Source: Octopus vulgaris
Taxonomy: Eukaryota
Assembly (NCBI GenBank): GCA_951406725.2
Contig: OX597819.1
Location: 16,554,001-16,618,000 of the forward strand
Length of the DNA: 64,000 bases
Direction of reading: 5' to 3'
Shown: piece by piece, positions 1 through 14,720 of the stretch
How positions within the stretch are numbered: position 1 is the stretch's first letter
Layout: each line of letters opens with the position of its first letter
Notes under the pieces: model-generated
The model's input: only the letters and a program-made list of their open reading frames with translations
What the model was told of the DNA's origin: nothing
The model's database searches: none
Made by a program: the position numbers and the translations under genes

Positions 1-71
1 ATACACACATAATATGTGTATATATTTATGTGAATAATTATACATTATATATATATATATACATATACATA

Positions 72-105
<34 letters not shown>

Positions 106-618
106 CATGTATATACACATACACACATGCATATATATATACATACATATATTGACATGTATGTATGCAAATACATACACAATGATATTCATATAAATTT
201 ATCACCCACCCACAGCCAGAAACAACTTTTTGAGAATATCATATTTAACAGAGAGAATTTTGAATTAATTTCAAAAATGTTTTTGTCATTTCAAAAAATT
301 ACTTGGCACAGATATTCGAAAATCATAATTCACAGGAAAACGTGGGAAAACGTGAAAAATTAAAATACTTTCAAAACGAAAAACTATATACAATGCAATA
401 GATTTTCCGTTGATAAATTAAAATTTCATTTCTTTTCATATTTCATTTTGATGAGTTTTTTAAAAATGTTTTTTCATTTTTTTGTAATATATTTTATATA
501 TATATGTAATTTTTTTAAACTTTTAATTAAATATTTTTAATGCTTTTATTTTTGTTATGTTTTTTTCAATTATTTATTTTTGTTGGTTTGCTTGTTCATT
601 ATTCATGAATATTCATAT

Positions 619-697
<79 letters not shown>

Positions 698-1578
698 TAT
701 ATGTATATATTATATATACACATACCCACACACACACATATATATATATAATATATATATATATAACTGTTGTTTTTAGAAATAATGATTATAATAATTA
801 TTATTATTATCATCATCATGATTTTTTTTTTAAATAAATTTCCTTTCTTCGATAATGCAACTTAATAAATTTTAGGCACAAAATTGCTGTCAGAACATTG
901 CATAAATTAGGAAGAAATTCAAATGAATATATCTATGGCTTTTTTTGAAAAAAATTCATATCATGTAGGTTGATTTTTGTTTTTTCTGGGTTTTTTTTTT
1001 TTGCATTTTTTCGATAGCTATTCCAACAAGCCTTCCCACATTGAATCATTATCATTTTCAATATTATTATTATCATTATCATTATTATTAATATTGTTGT
1101 CATTCTTTTTATTTATTTACTTTTTTTGTCACATTGTATCCTTAGAGAGTCGTACAGGAAAAAATAAACAAAAATAACAAGCTTAAAAATTAAAAGTGAT
1201 GCACGCACAGACACAAACACACACACACTTCCATATATACACACAAAAATGAAACAAGATTTACAAAATATAAGAAAGGCTTATCTAAATATTGATACCC
1301 CTTCCTACCCAATAATGAAATGGAAAGGTTTATTAAAAGTATTATTTTTGGTGAACTTTAGTATTAATATTATTGTTTTTTCTTTATTTTTAGTATAATT
1401 TGTTTTGTTGTTGTTATTATTATTATTATCATGATTGTAATATTTGTTTTCTTTCACCAAGATTTATCATTAGTTCTATATGCCCATCAAACAAAAACAG
1501 TCTTTGGGAGATTCAATGTTTAATTTAGATTATCATTATCATAAATTATTATTATTATTATTATTGCTATCATCATCA

Positions 1579-1609
<31 letters not shown>

Positions 1610-4137
1610 TTATTGTCGTTATCGTTATTATTGTGTTTTTTCAAGTGTTCATGTAAATTTGTAACTCTATCCCCAGTTACATGTATCATCCTCAGGTGTG
1701 TACAATATTGTTTTATACTTGCACATTTAATATGTTGTGTACAATGTGTTATTGCATAAATGATCTGGTATAGAATATATGCTATATAAAGTTATTGCAG
1801 TAGTGAAAATCTGATTCACAACTTTTGCAGTGTCTACTGCTTTTGTTTTTGTAGGAAATAGAGGAAGGTTTTTGTCTAAAAGTGTTTGTTATGGTATAAG
1901 TCACAATATCTTTTTGTTCATGCTTTTATTATGATATTACTAAGTTCTCCAATAATTACTGGTGTGATTTTACTTTTGTTCCCAGCAAATTGCATTATTT
2001 CTATCTGAAATATAATGATAATCCTTTCTTATTGTGGTACCAGACCAACAAATTTGAGGATTTGTGTAGTCAATCACATCAACCCCAGTGCTCAACCAGT
2101 ACTTATTTTATCGACACCCCTCCTCTCCAAAGGATGAAAAGGATCTGAACTCAGAACATAAAAGTTGGCAGAAATGCTGCTAAGCATCATTTCCTCTGGC
2201 ATAGTAACAATTCTGCCAGCTCATCCCTTTACAATTATGCTAATAACGATACCATTATAACATCATTATTAATCCTTATGAAGATAGCAGGAAAACAATA
2301 TGGATTCTTATAATCCCCACTTTTACACTTTGTAATGAGTGTCATAATTATTTGGGATTAATATCATCCTCATCATCATCAACTGATGCAGTTGATACAG
2401 CTGATAGTGAAATCTGTTGTACACACACATATATATATAAAATTCGATGTTGAATACCAACTTACTAGCCAAATTCAAATCGAACCTGGTGGAGCTCAAA
2501 ATAAAACAAAAACAACTTTTTATCCTTATTGTAACAAGGTGATGCCTTTTGAAGCACCAGAAATTAATACAATCAAGTTAACCAACAAGATGCACCATCA
2601 CAAAACTCCAGCAAGGTAAGACTAAATGTGTATTGATGTCTTTGCTTTGATATTTCACTGTTCTTAGTCCAAATATTATTGAGGCTGGATTGAGTCACCT
2701 CTAGATCTCTCTAACAAGAGCTATGGGTTCACTGCATTAAAATGCCAGTTACATATTTGTTCTGATCCTTTTACACTCATCCTTGCAACCTCTTCACATT
2801 AGTCCTTAGAACACAATGTTTATAATGATGTTATTGCTGTCTCCCTCCTGCAATCTTACCTCACACACTTGCACCTGTCTCTTCCTTCCTCACATATCTC
2901 TCTCTTCCTGACACACAAGCTTTCCCATCTCCCACCCTCACTCAGGTGTCCTAACAGATAATCATTGATCTTTTACATAGTGTCTAAGCCTTGCTTTAGA
3001 CTGCAAAGAAGGAGATAAACATGTGCGGTGTTTATGTCTATCATAAAAAAAACATTAGTGATTTAAAGTAAATTTTATACATCTGGGAGATGAAGCTATG
3101 ACCTAAGACTCAGCTTGCCAATGTTCATAGCTTCTATACTTCTCACCAGTTTTATGGATTGATATAGGCTTATGTGTGTTGGGCTATGAATGTGTGAGTG
3201 TATGTATGTGTGTGTGCTTAAGAGGGAGGAGTGTGTGTATTCTACAGTAGTAAGGTATGCAAGAAAGAGAACAGCACGTGTGTGTGTGTGTGTGTGTGTG
3301 TGTATTAGTCATTTGAAAAGGCAGTGCAGTTCCTATAGATTTTTCGTGTCCTTCTGGATATTAATCTGCTTAATGTTTAACCTGAAACATCAGAACTCAG
3401 TTTAAGATTTTTTTTTCCTTTAGTTCAAATCTGCCCTATGGTGTGGTGGAGACAGAATTGACCATATGGACCTTGTTGTTTCTTGCAGCATCTGCTATGG
3501 CCAGAATCTAAAAATGTAATGTACTGAAGCCCTCAACAACCTTATAATGCTATCTCATTCTACAATAATGAGCTACAGACGACCTTGTGGCACCAATTGA
3601 CAGCAAAGTAAAGTTGGCTATCAATGAGGTAAATATCTTGGCCCACATATGAAACATATTCCCTGGTAACACACGTAATTCACCTCACCCCAATTGAATG
3701 AAACCCTAATGATGGTGTCAATGAATAAAACATGGATAGAAGACAAGGGAAGAGAGATGTGAAGTTGTGGTAAAGAGCTGCGTCAGTTGGCAAGAGATGC
3801 AGGGAATGAGGGGAGAGGGAGCGAGATGAAAGAAGAGGAGGACAAATTAATACTGTTATGTTTGGACATGTTCCTGACAAAGAGTTTTCCAGGTTTCTCA
3901 CTGGCGCCCCCATTTACGATGGATAATATAGGTCCCTACATTAGTTGGCATAGCTCAGCATTGGATTGTACATAACCTGCTGCAGTGACCCTCGGAGGGT
4001 ATGACATGATAATTAAGATTAAACATATATGTGTGTGTGTGTGTGTGTGTGCCTATATACACAACAGTCTAAATGTTATCATACATGATACACAACCAAG
4101 TGTACGTTTTTGTATTTATATCGTTCTCTAACTATCC

Positions 4138-4172
<35 letters not shown>

Positions 4173-5568
4173 GTGCGTGTGTAGCAGCACCTTTCAGAAA
4201 TACAGTCTCTGTTTAGAAAAGAATTATTATACACTGTACTCTCAAACAACTATCTTAAACATAAGACTTGAGCTGAGAGCTCCTCATGACAAACACAATA
4301 TATATATAATCATATATATACACATATATACTAATGAACGAAAATAGAACCTACTGAGAAATGGACAAATCGCTACATCACATAAAAAGAAAATTGGTCC
4401 TCCATTGGTTACAACAATGAGGGGGTTCTAGATGATCTGGTCAACAGAACAGTCTGCTTGTGAAATAAACATGCAAGTGGCTGAGCACTCCACAGACATG
4501 TGTGCCCTTAGCATAGTTCTCAGAGAGAGAGAGATTCAACGTGATACAGAGTGTGACAAGGCTGGCCCTTTGGAATACAGGTACACACATTTTGTCAGCT
4601 GAGTGGACTGGAGCAACGTGAAATAAAGCATCTTGCTCAAGAACACAATACGCCTCCGAAAATCAAACTCATGACCTTATGACTGTGAGCTGAATACCCT
4701 AACCACTATGCCACACACCTTCACTGACATCATATATCACATGACAAAAACATATCACATGACTAGCTGCCTAGTCATCTTTTCTATTACTACCTCACAT
4801 CCACCAATTGTATTTTTTTATCCATTTTGATGACTGCATGGAATTATGGTATGGCTATAATCATACAGTTACCTATATATAGACACACACACCTGATATT
4901 GTACTGGCATCAATCATTAAACTAGCAAAGCAGAGACACCTTTTTTAAGGGTTAAATCTTACATCAGTCTGCTTCACTGCTACTAATCTTATTGATCTTG
5001 AAATAATGGAAGGCAAAGTCCACCTGGACGGGATTTGAACATAGAATAACACCAAATACTTACAAAGTATTTTGTCCAACATGCTACCAGTTCCACCATT
5101 CATGCATAAATGTGTGTATGGGTGTATATATGTGTGTGTGTGTGTGGGTGAGTGTCAAAGAATATATATATTCTATAACTAGTTTCAGTCATTGGACCAC
5201 AGCCATACAATGGGGTCTACATTTGTAGACTTAATTAATTGTATCACCTCTTGTTTAATTATTTCATTAACCTTTTTAAGAATGAATGCCAAAGTTAGCA
5301 GGAGTAGAATTTTAAATTCAGAAGGCAAAGAAATGCCATGCCAAATATCACAAGGTATTTTGTTCAACACTCACCCAATTCTGCCACTCACCCAGCCTCG
5401 TGTGTGTGTGTATGTGTACATGTGTATGTATTCTACTTTTAAGCTTCATTCATAAAAGTTTGATCAAGTGAAATCTATAAGAGAAGATACACATGCAAAC
5501 TCAATCCACACTTTATCAAATTTCCAACCTGCAGCAGTAGTACACTTGAAATTCTGGTGATTATGCAA

Positions 5569-5617
<49 letters not shown>

Positions 5618-6492
5618 AAATACGTGATCTAAAATGCTAAATGGAATGTATCGTATAACTTTCTTATTATACACCCAGACAACAGAATACTTCATCCACC
5701 AAACAAAACATTTCCAACATCTTGTTTGTCTCTGATGTCACTGAATGGATTCCTACTAATACAAATGACCCTTGCTTTCATGGATGTTCAGGGATTGCAC
5801 AATGTTTACATGTGTGTGTGTGCGTGGCTCTGTGTGTTTTGTGTATGCATACACATTTACACTAAAATCACTGCAATTGGTAATGTCCTTATTTATATTT
5901 AAAAATCATTAAAAATGGAGAAAAAAGACAAAAATGGAAATTTGCTAACTTTAACAGTTGGTTCTATTGGAATTGGCAGTGGCAGTTGTTATTGTTGTTG
6001 AGCCCTAAATCAACCATGACCAAGCACTCAACTGATCATTGGCTTTCCAGTTGTGACCCTGTACTTTTAGGCACATCTTAAGAATTACAATATTAAAGCT
6101 ATCTCTTATTTCAATGACTGAATTCAGTTTGAGGGTTATATAACTGCAGTTTCTAAGATATTGAGCAAAAAAAAAAAATGCTGTTTGGTTTGGTGACAAT
6201 TAATTATTATAGAAATAGTGATGTTGATGAGGATGATATATATTGCTCTTAAAGCAGCTGAGAGTGACAATCATAACTTTTAACCTGACCCAATATCCCT
6301 AGGGGCAGTTAATCTCCTATTCTAACCAATAATTAATTTGAACCTGTGTCTATTATGGTCACTCGGCTTATACTTTGGGCAGTCAGCACATGACGGGGAT
6401 TTGAACTCTATATTTTTAGGGTTAGCAGTCAGCCAATATGACCCTTCTCTTGAAAGATGAAAGATTCTGTGCTCCCTTCAAACATCATGACC

Positions 6493-6747
6493 TTTGGTCA
6501 CCCCGTAGGGTATGGAGGTTATCTAGGCGTTTCTACAGCCCAGTAGCACTCCATACCATTACATTCAAGCTGGATTGCATGTCATTTTCTTATCTCTCAA
6601 ACAATATAATACCAATCAGATGTAGTGTCCAAAAGCCTCCATAGATAAACATCATTTTGCATTTTACCATTCCTAATGAGTAAAGCAAACCATGTCCATT
6701 ACTCTGTATTGCCATATGTGATAATATACATTACAGTGAGATAATGT
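6493..6747 (+). repeat. 255-bp direct repeat, copy 1
   Basis: Collinear with 10320-10574; five substitutions by eye. Confidence 0.92.
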
Positions 6748-8169
6748 ACTTCAGCCTATACTAAAATAATTGGGGTGGGTACCTCCCATCTGGTATGTAA
6801 GCTGTCTGTCCTTGTACTGAGTGTCTGCACTGAAGTTATACTCTCTGCAGTAACTTCATATGTTGTTTAAACAATAATCATTGAACCTCCTTACTACTTA
6901 TGGTCCTCTTCCTCCTCCTCCACCACCATCACAACCATCTTGTTATATATTCTAGCAGCTTCCTTCCTCATCCAACTATTGATTCTAACAACCCTTCTTA
7001 CTCTGCAGTGAAATTTCAACCTCACACACCATTTCATCACCAGCCACTCCTGCTTCAGAGTGATGTCTTACATCTGTCCCAGACACATGCTCCTCAATTC
7101 TGCTTCTGTCTCAGGGAGATGCTACACACCTAGATGACCCCCATCACCCCACTTATGTCCCAAAGTGATATATCATCATCATCATCATCAACATCATCAA
7201 CCACTAGGGTTCCTATGGCCAGTAACTCAGTTTCCATGGGATGTAAGTGACTGAGATTACAATATTTGCCTTGAACAAGGACATCAGTTCACCACAGTGT
7301 TGCTCAATGACATCTGAGTGGACTTGAACAACATGAAATGAAATGTTTCAACCCAAAAATGTAATGCACTGCCCAGTTCAGGAACTGAAACCACAATCTT
7401 GCAATCATGAGTGTAACACCCTAACCACTAACAATATGAACACTTTAAACTGGCTTTTGTCATCATAAACTCAGAGGTTTGTTTAAGGGAAGTGGCACTG
7501 AAAGGGTTAAAAAAAAATAACAAAGAATAATACAATCCAAGATGCACTTTATCTGAAAATATGGTGAGATGGTCTTGGATGGAATGCCTTCAACTACAGG
7601 TCTGATAGATCAGGGATGATCTGAGGAAAAACAGCATAGGAGGAGATACTGGATAATGTGGCCCTACATGAAGTTTGTCTAAAATAAGAAGGAAGGGTCA
7701 TGATTGGAATGCTTTTGATCATAGGTTTGCTGTATCATGGCACCTAACGATGGCTTCACTGCAACACTTGTGCACCTAAATTATGATTATAGACCTAGAT
7801 ACACACGTGACTGTCACCGACACATTTAGCAGGTGTTAACTGTGTAAACCACTAATGCAACAGGTAGCTTATTGGTTGTTCTTAAGACTTCAGTAGTGAA
7901 TGCTGAAATGTGCAGCAGTCTGCAACATGACACCTTTACAAATATTAACTATGAATAAGAGCCATATGTATTCATAGTGAAATATGTATATATTGATTGT
8001 ATTTTTGAAACAAGTGCAGTGCACATTATATTAAAAGTTATTGTAGTATTGTAGTAATGTTAACATAGCTGTTAGGTAAATCATCTATTTGATAGTTGTA
8101 CCAAATACAGTCTAAGCACCATAACAGCTCTGAAATGCATTATTTGGAGTCCAGTGTTAAAAGTCTCAT

Positions 8170-8700
8170 CATATTCCCTGTGCACCAGACTAAACTGCAG
8201 CATATAACTTGCAAACATGTTCAATGTGCAACATAGAACTGAATAACAAATCCATTGTGCACTAGACTGCAGTAAACAACATCTGAATGTCTTAACTTTT
8301 TACTAAACCACAGCTTAGAATCAATGGAGATGCATTTAGACTGAAGCACAGGACGGGTAAACATGTTGAATATGCATCTCACTGCAGTGTACAAAATGTG
8401 ATCTGTGCATCAGATTGCACCATAAGGCTCATAAACATTTTACTATACAGCTAGCTGCAGCTTATGTAAGCATGTTAAATGAATGCAGTTATAACACAAG
8501 ATCAGTGAACGTGTTATCTCTGCATGAAGCTGCAGTTATGTGAACACATCAACTATGAACCAGATGGTATTATAAGGCTAGTGGAAAAGAATTCAGACTG
8601 CAGCTTATGTGAACATGTTAACTAATAACCAGATGACATAAAGAGTGGTGAACGTGTTGATTGTGAATGAGACTATATCATAAGACTAATGAACATGTTC
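8170..8700. repeat. Degenerate tandem array, ~35-41-bp unit
   Basis: Recurring gaacatgtt(a)actgtgcac.agactgcagc-like units. Confidence 0.6.
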
Positions 8701-9840
8701 ACTTTCAGAGTTCCCTCTTCCAAACTCTAGTACTGAACCACAACAATGATCTGATAGTTCTCATTTGGCTATGGGCATGACCCTACATCAGTGATGCACT
8801 CACACTCAAACAACACACACTTTTCCTTGCCTGTTTTAGTTTTTAATAAATATATATATCTATATAAACCCTCAGATGACGCACGACATTTGAATAATTG
8901 GAAGAGGGTGAAGATGAAGAGGAAGGGGATGGGTAGTAGTTTTAGTGGTGGTGTTAGTAGAAGCTGTAATGGTAGTATTTGTTGTTGTTGTTTCGCCCAT
9001 ATCAGTCCTTATTGAACAAACCTATAATCAAAGGAATTCCAGCAATGGCCATCACATCTTTTTCCTATTTGCAGTGAATCCCAGGATGATAGCAGTCAAT
9101 GAGGTGTCATTGGATAGAGTGACTCTAGTATTAATACTGGCAATATGTGGTGGTGGTGGTGGTGGTGGTTTGTAGTTGCAGTGTTGAAGGCAATATGGTG
9201 GGAGCTATGACTGAGGTGATGCTGAAAAGGAGTGGTTTGACAGGGAGCTGCTATCACTGTGACACTGTGGTCTGGGATGAAGTGTGGTGAGTGTGAAGTT
9301 GTGTGTTTGATTTGAACCCTGACACTGCACTACAACTCTCCACTTCTCATCATAAACCTCCAGCCACAACCCACCATTCATTTTACTACACAAATGAGTG
9401 TGTATGTATATATATATGTGTGTGTGTGTATGTATGTATATATATATATATATACATACATACACACACATATACATGTATCTATCTGTATGCATATCTA
9501 AATATGTATGTGGGAGTATGTATCAACATTATTTATATATATATATATATAAGTTGTATTTCAATTCTTTTACATCGTTCCCCACCCACTAGAGAGCAGT
9601 GTAGAAGGAAGCCAAAATGAATCTTGTCCTAAATAATGCTTCCAGTACACTTTGTCTTCTGTATTAATCATTTAGAAAATATATATATATATATATTATC
9701 CTTATTTTACATCTGCTTTCCATGCTGGTATAAGCTGGACAGATTGTTGCAGCTTTTCTAAGCATGTTGCTCATAAGTTTCATTTGGTTTCAATGACTGG
9801 ATGTGATCCTAACACCAACCACTTTACAGAGTAAACTGGG

Positions 9841-9879
<39 letters not shown>

Positions 9880-10319
9880 GAGTATCGATGCATATAACTA
9901 CATGTACCTATAGTTGTGAGTGTGCTGTGAACAGTTGAACTTAAGAAGTTACCTCTAAAAGGGGGGGAACAAAGGCAGAACAGTAGTGGAGTGCAAGAGA
10001 GTAAAAGCAATGATGAAAACAGAATTACAAGGAAGGTAAGGTCAACATACCACCACTACCTTGGTTTGAAACCATCACCAGGACTATGAGCATCTTTGGT
10101 GGCGATCACACATAGATGTGTGTCCACACTTAAACATGAACTATATTTGAATCGTACATCCTGGTTATCACCCTTGCCCATCTTTGTTCCTGCAAGCATT
10201 GGGTAACAGATGCTGAGGCTGAGCAACAATCCATCAATCTACTGGTCTAGGAAAGAAAGACTATAACAGCCATAGGTGTGATGGGTACTGACACTCCATT
10301 TTCTAATTTATAAAATAAA

Positions 10320-10574
10320 TTTGGTCACCCCGTAGGGTATGGAGGTTATCTGGGCATTTCTACAGCCCAGTAGCACTCCATACCATTACATTCAAGCTGG
10401 ATTGCATGTCATTTTCTTATCTCTCAAACAATATAATACCAATCAAATGTAGTGTCCAAAAGCCTCCATAGATAAACATCATTTTGCATTTTACCATTCC
10501 TAATGAGTAAAGCAAACCATGTCCATTACTCTGTATTGCCATATGTGATAATATGCATTGCAGTGAGATAATGT
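10320..10574 (+). repeat. 255-bp direct repeat, copy 2
   Basis: Collinear with 6493-6747. Confidence 0.92.
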
Positions 10575-10622
10575 GACCATCTCCACTTTTATTATACAAT
10601 CCATTTTATTTATTCAACATGC

Positions 10623-10675
<53 letters not shown>

Positions 10676-11896
10676 TCATCATAGTCATGCTGAAGGACAG
10701 TGCTCATGATGTTTTCAAAGCTATCTCTGAGACTGGTGCTAGGGAGAGAAGGTAGAAGTTATCCTTAAACCTGAGACCTACCTCAAATACTTATTATGCA
10801 GAGGGGTCTGCTACTCAAGTACTGGGTGATGGCTTTTATATTAGGAGAATCAGGAGATAGATTAAATCTACAACTCATGTAGGCCCCAACAGGATTTGAA
10901 CACAAAATACAAAGAGCTAACATAAATTCCAGAAAGCAACCTAAATTAGAATTTTGGTACCCAAATCCTGGAAGGGTAAAAATAAAAGTTGACTTCATCT
11001 AGAATTAATCTCATGATGTAAAGTGGTACGCTTCAGAAGTGCAATACATTTGGTCCATTGCTCAGATTAGCAGAGAACTAGTGGATTTGACTTAACTAGG
11101 GGTGAGAGAAGCCTAAGTAGGGAGTTTATTGGTGAGTGGGTATGGGAGGATGTAGTGGTAGTGTGGTGATGATGTTGGATGTAATTGTGGTGATGGTGTT
11201 TATGTAAGTAGCAGTTGTTGTTTAACCCTGAGTCAACTCTGAGTAGATCATAGACACACCAACCATGACCATCTCATCTTTTTTTTTACAAGCTTTGTAA
11301 GATTATATTATTATATGCATCTTTTTCTTTTTAAGATGATTGGGAGTGATTTGAGGGAGAATTAGCTGCTACTTCTAATTTGGCAACCACTTAGAAACTC
11401 CTTATTCTCAGTGTGATTGTAGTAGTAGTAGTTGTTGTTTAACCTCAGGTAAATTCTAATCCAGTAGGCATTTAATCGAAGGCATCCCCTTGACCATCCC
11501 TACCTTTTCCTCAGGCATAATAATGTACAATTAGATAACATTATCCAGTGTGTGTTACTCTTTTAAATGGTATGGGTATGATTTGAAGAAGGTTTGGTTG
11601 CTTTTTGTAGCAGACCAACCAATGGTGGCGGTGGAGGTGGTGGTGGTTGAAGGGGGTAAATTAAAATTTAAAACATGCAGCACAAAAAACAAAAATGAAC
11701 AATGAATAAATAAAATGCAAAAACCAAAAAAAAAAAAAATTAACAAAAATATGAAATAAAGCAAAAATTTGGATAATTAAGAGATCACTGAGTTTTTATT
11801 TCATCAACAACAACAACATGATGATGATGGTGGTGATGATGATGATGGTGATAGTGGTGGTGGTGCTGGATGAAGAAGGCAATAAACAAAACAATA

Positions 11897-11941
<45 letters not shown>

Positions 11942-12064
11942 GGGACAAAATAAATTTCACTGGAATTTATTTCAGTGAAAATAGAATTGTGGGAAAGAAC
12001 AGAATGTGGAGAGAAAGAGAGAGAAGTGGGAAAGAGAAGGAGGATGCTGGAGGAGGAGGAAGAT

Positions 12065-12750
12065 AAGACTTGCTTTAGGAAATAACAGTGGCCTTAGGGA
12101 AATAGAAGTTGCTTTGGAAAAGGTAAAGTGAAAATCATTTTTGAAATACAAGTTGCTTTAGAACAATAAAGGTAAGACAGAAGTTGCTTAGCTAAACCAA
12201 AAACAGAAACAGAGAAGGAACCATAAGTTGCTTTCTAAAGACAAGGTGTGTGAGTGGTGAGAGGTAGAAGGCATCAGAAATTGTAGAAGCAGCAGCACAA
12301 GTTGCCAGGTCAAAGTAGAAGCAACAAAAGTTGCTAGATCAACATGGGAGCATACACTGCTACAGAATAGAAACAGCTGAAGTTGCTAGACCAAGAGTTT
12401 TTGAGTCACATTAAGTTTGACTGTAAAGAATAGGAACAACAGAAGTTTCTACATCCACCTGGGGGTATCAAAACCTACTAAGTCAATTCAGAAGCAACTG
12501 ATCTCGCTAGATCAATAATAATTGTTAAGTCATGTTAAATTGACTGTGCAGAGTATGTACAGCAGAGATTGTTATGGCAACAAAGAAGCAACAAAAGTAG
12601 CTAGATCAATATATAAGCAACAACAATTGCTAGGTTACCAATTGTTCAGGCACAGAATATTGACTGTAAAGAGTAGGTACAAGAGAAGTTGCTTGGCTGT
12701 GGAAAAGTTGCAAAAATTGTCATTTAAAAATGAAACAAAGTTGCCTGTTA
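12065..12750. repeat. Degenerate array of AAGTTGC(TAGATCAA) motifs
   Basis: About ten exact AAGTTGC plus variants. A ~120-bp higher-order repeat (ttgactgtaaagagtagg-like) appears three times. Confidence 0.65.
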
Positions 12751-13577
12751 ATCCATTGAGTCGTAAAAGTTATCTTATCAATAAGAAGATTTTGGAAAGC
12801 TCATACATGTACGAGTATGCAGAAGCAAATTTAAATGTGTTTATTTTGTTTCAACACACAAAAGAGTAGAAGGTAGTGTTTGTGTGTGTTTGTGTATGTA
12901 TGTATATATATATATATATACATAAACACTTAATTTGTGTGTGATAGAATAATTCTCTCAAGAACCATCTTAGAGTAGACAAATACATGCACATGGATAT
13001 GTGTGTGTGTGTATGCACACATACCTATAAATACATACATGCATATATATACATGCAAACAAAAGAAGAGACTTTTTTTTGATGTTTAAAATAAAAGAAT
13101 TAAAAAGAAAATAAAAACAACCCCAATACCTTCACAACCACCCCCACACATACACATATCTGAGTAGATTGTTGCAGTCACAAATATATTTTTATATCTT
13201 TGTGGCATCTCATTAAGGGCATTTCATTGTGCATATGTATACACACACACACACATACACACACCTATATACACACACAAACACATATAGACATACATGT
13301 ATAAATACAGTCACATACACACACACACTCACATATGATCAGAAACTACATGATCAAACTCTGGTGGATTCTCTGTCAGTTGTGGTGATGAGCATTTTGG
13401 TGTTTAACCAAGTGAAATTCCAACATGTGGGTGGCTGAGTATTATTGAGATATGAGTACTGTTAATGTAATTCTCTGGCTGAATCAGTGTAACAAAATGT
13501 GACATGGCTGGACCTTTGAGTCACAACTACAGTCCAGAGAGAAAGACAGAGAAGAAGAAGACGAAGAAGAACTGATA

Positions 13578-13798
13578 ACTATTTCTTTACTACCCACAAG
13601 GGGCCTAAACACAGAGGGGACAAACAAACGGATTAAGTCAATTACATCGACCCCAGTGCGTAACTGGTACTTAATTTATCGACCCCGAAAGGATGAAAGG
13701 CAAAGTCAGCCTCAGCGAAATTTGAACTCAGAACGTAACGGGAGACGAAATACGGCTACGCATTTCACCCGGCATGCTAACGTTTCTGCCAGCTCGCC
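13578..13798 (-). mobile_element. Young tRNA-derived SINE with 12-bp target-site duplication
   Basis: Minus strand reads GGCGAGCTGGCAGAAACGTTAGC...GAGTTCAAATT...CCTTTCATCCTTTCGGGGTCGATAAATTAAGTACCAG. Flanked by gaagaactgata at 13566-13577 and 13799-13810. Confidence 0.85.
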
Positions 13799-14164
13799 GA
13801 AGAACTGATACCAGCACATGACTGGTACTTTATCAATCCCAAACGGATGAAAGACAAAGTTAACCTCAGTGGGAATTGAACTCTAAGTCTGCAGAGCCAA
13901 AATAAATGTCACAAGGCATTATATTTGATGCTCTACTAACTCTGCTGATTCACCATCTCAAGACGAAACTATCAAAAAATATAAAACAAAGGATATGATG
14001 TGCATTTTTGCATAAAAGCCAGTCGACTGACAGAAGATGTAGTTTCATGAGTACAATGGGTGTAAAGAATATGGGAGACACCTGACTTTTTTTTTGAATG
14101 TGTAAAAACTAGTGAAGTGGTTGAACAAGTAAATTATTTTGGGAGTCACACCTGAGGCCCTCAC

Positions 14165-14720
14165 TTCTTGACAGGTGATGAAACCTTCCTCTCCAATTAC
14201 ACAACTGATAAAATGTACCCCTCTTATTTTACAGGTGATTAGAGCTCTTCCTCCAGTTACATAAGTAATAAAAGTCTCCCACCCCCTGTTTCATGGTGGA
14301 TAAGTGTTATGCCTCAACTTCGCAGCTGATAGGAGCATCACCTCTTATTTCACAGGTAACAAAGAAAAATTCGAACAAAAAAAATAAAATAAAAAAAAGA
14401 TATGATCAAATAAAGCAATGAAAGTTGTCATCATCTTTCATGGATGATGAAAAAGAAAAATATATAAACAAGAGAAAAAAAAAAACAAATGAAAATACAT
14501 CTATTTCCTTTTAGAGAGCTCATGAATGCTCCTGTCATTTTTTCATGAAAGATCACACCAATTTTCATGGACAATGAAAGTTTCCATCATTGTATATGGG
14601 TAATTAAAGCACCCTTCATTTTTATAGGCAATGTTCCCTTCACCATTCATTGGCAATGAAAGCTCTCATCAGTTTTCATAAGTAATGAAAGCTCTTCTTA
14701 TTTTCCATGGGCAATAAAAG
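14165..14720. repeat. Degenerate ~29-30-bp tandem arrays in two related sub-blocks
   Basis: caggtgat.aa.....cctcttattt units (14165-14365), then ggcaatgaaagctctcatcattttcatg-like units (14410-14720). Confidence 0.65.

Noticed and set aside
73-837. YIYI/HTHT/VCVC-type ORFs here and throughout the track (e.g. 21416-21913, 23486-24019, 55509-56055)
   Set aside because: They are translations of (TA)n, (CA)n and (ATT)n microsatellites with no coding character.
6493-10574. LTR retrotransposon or TRIM interpretation of the direct repeats
   Set aside because: No TG/CA ends, primer-binding site, polypurine tract, TSD or internal coding remnants are visible.
12522-12869. 115-aa plus-strand ORF
   Set aside because: It overlaps the degenerate AAGTTGC array and has no recognisable domain or splice context.
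12065-14720. Repeat-spacer appearance suggestive of CRISPR
   Set aside because: Eukaryotic context, short degenerate repeats, spacers related to one another and no cas genes.
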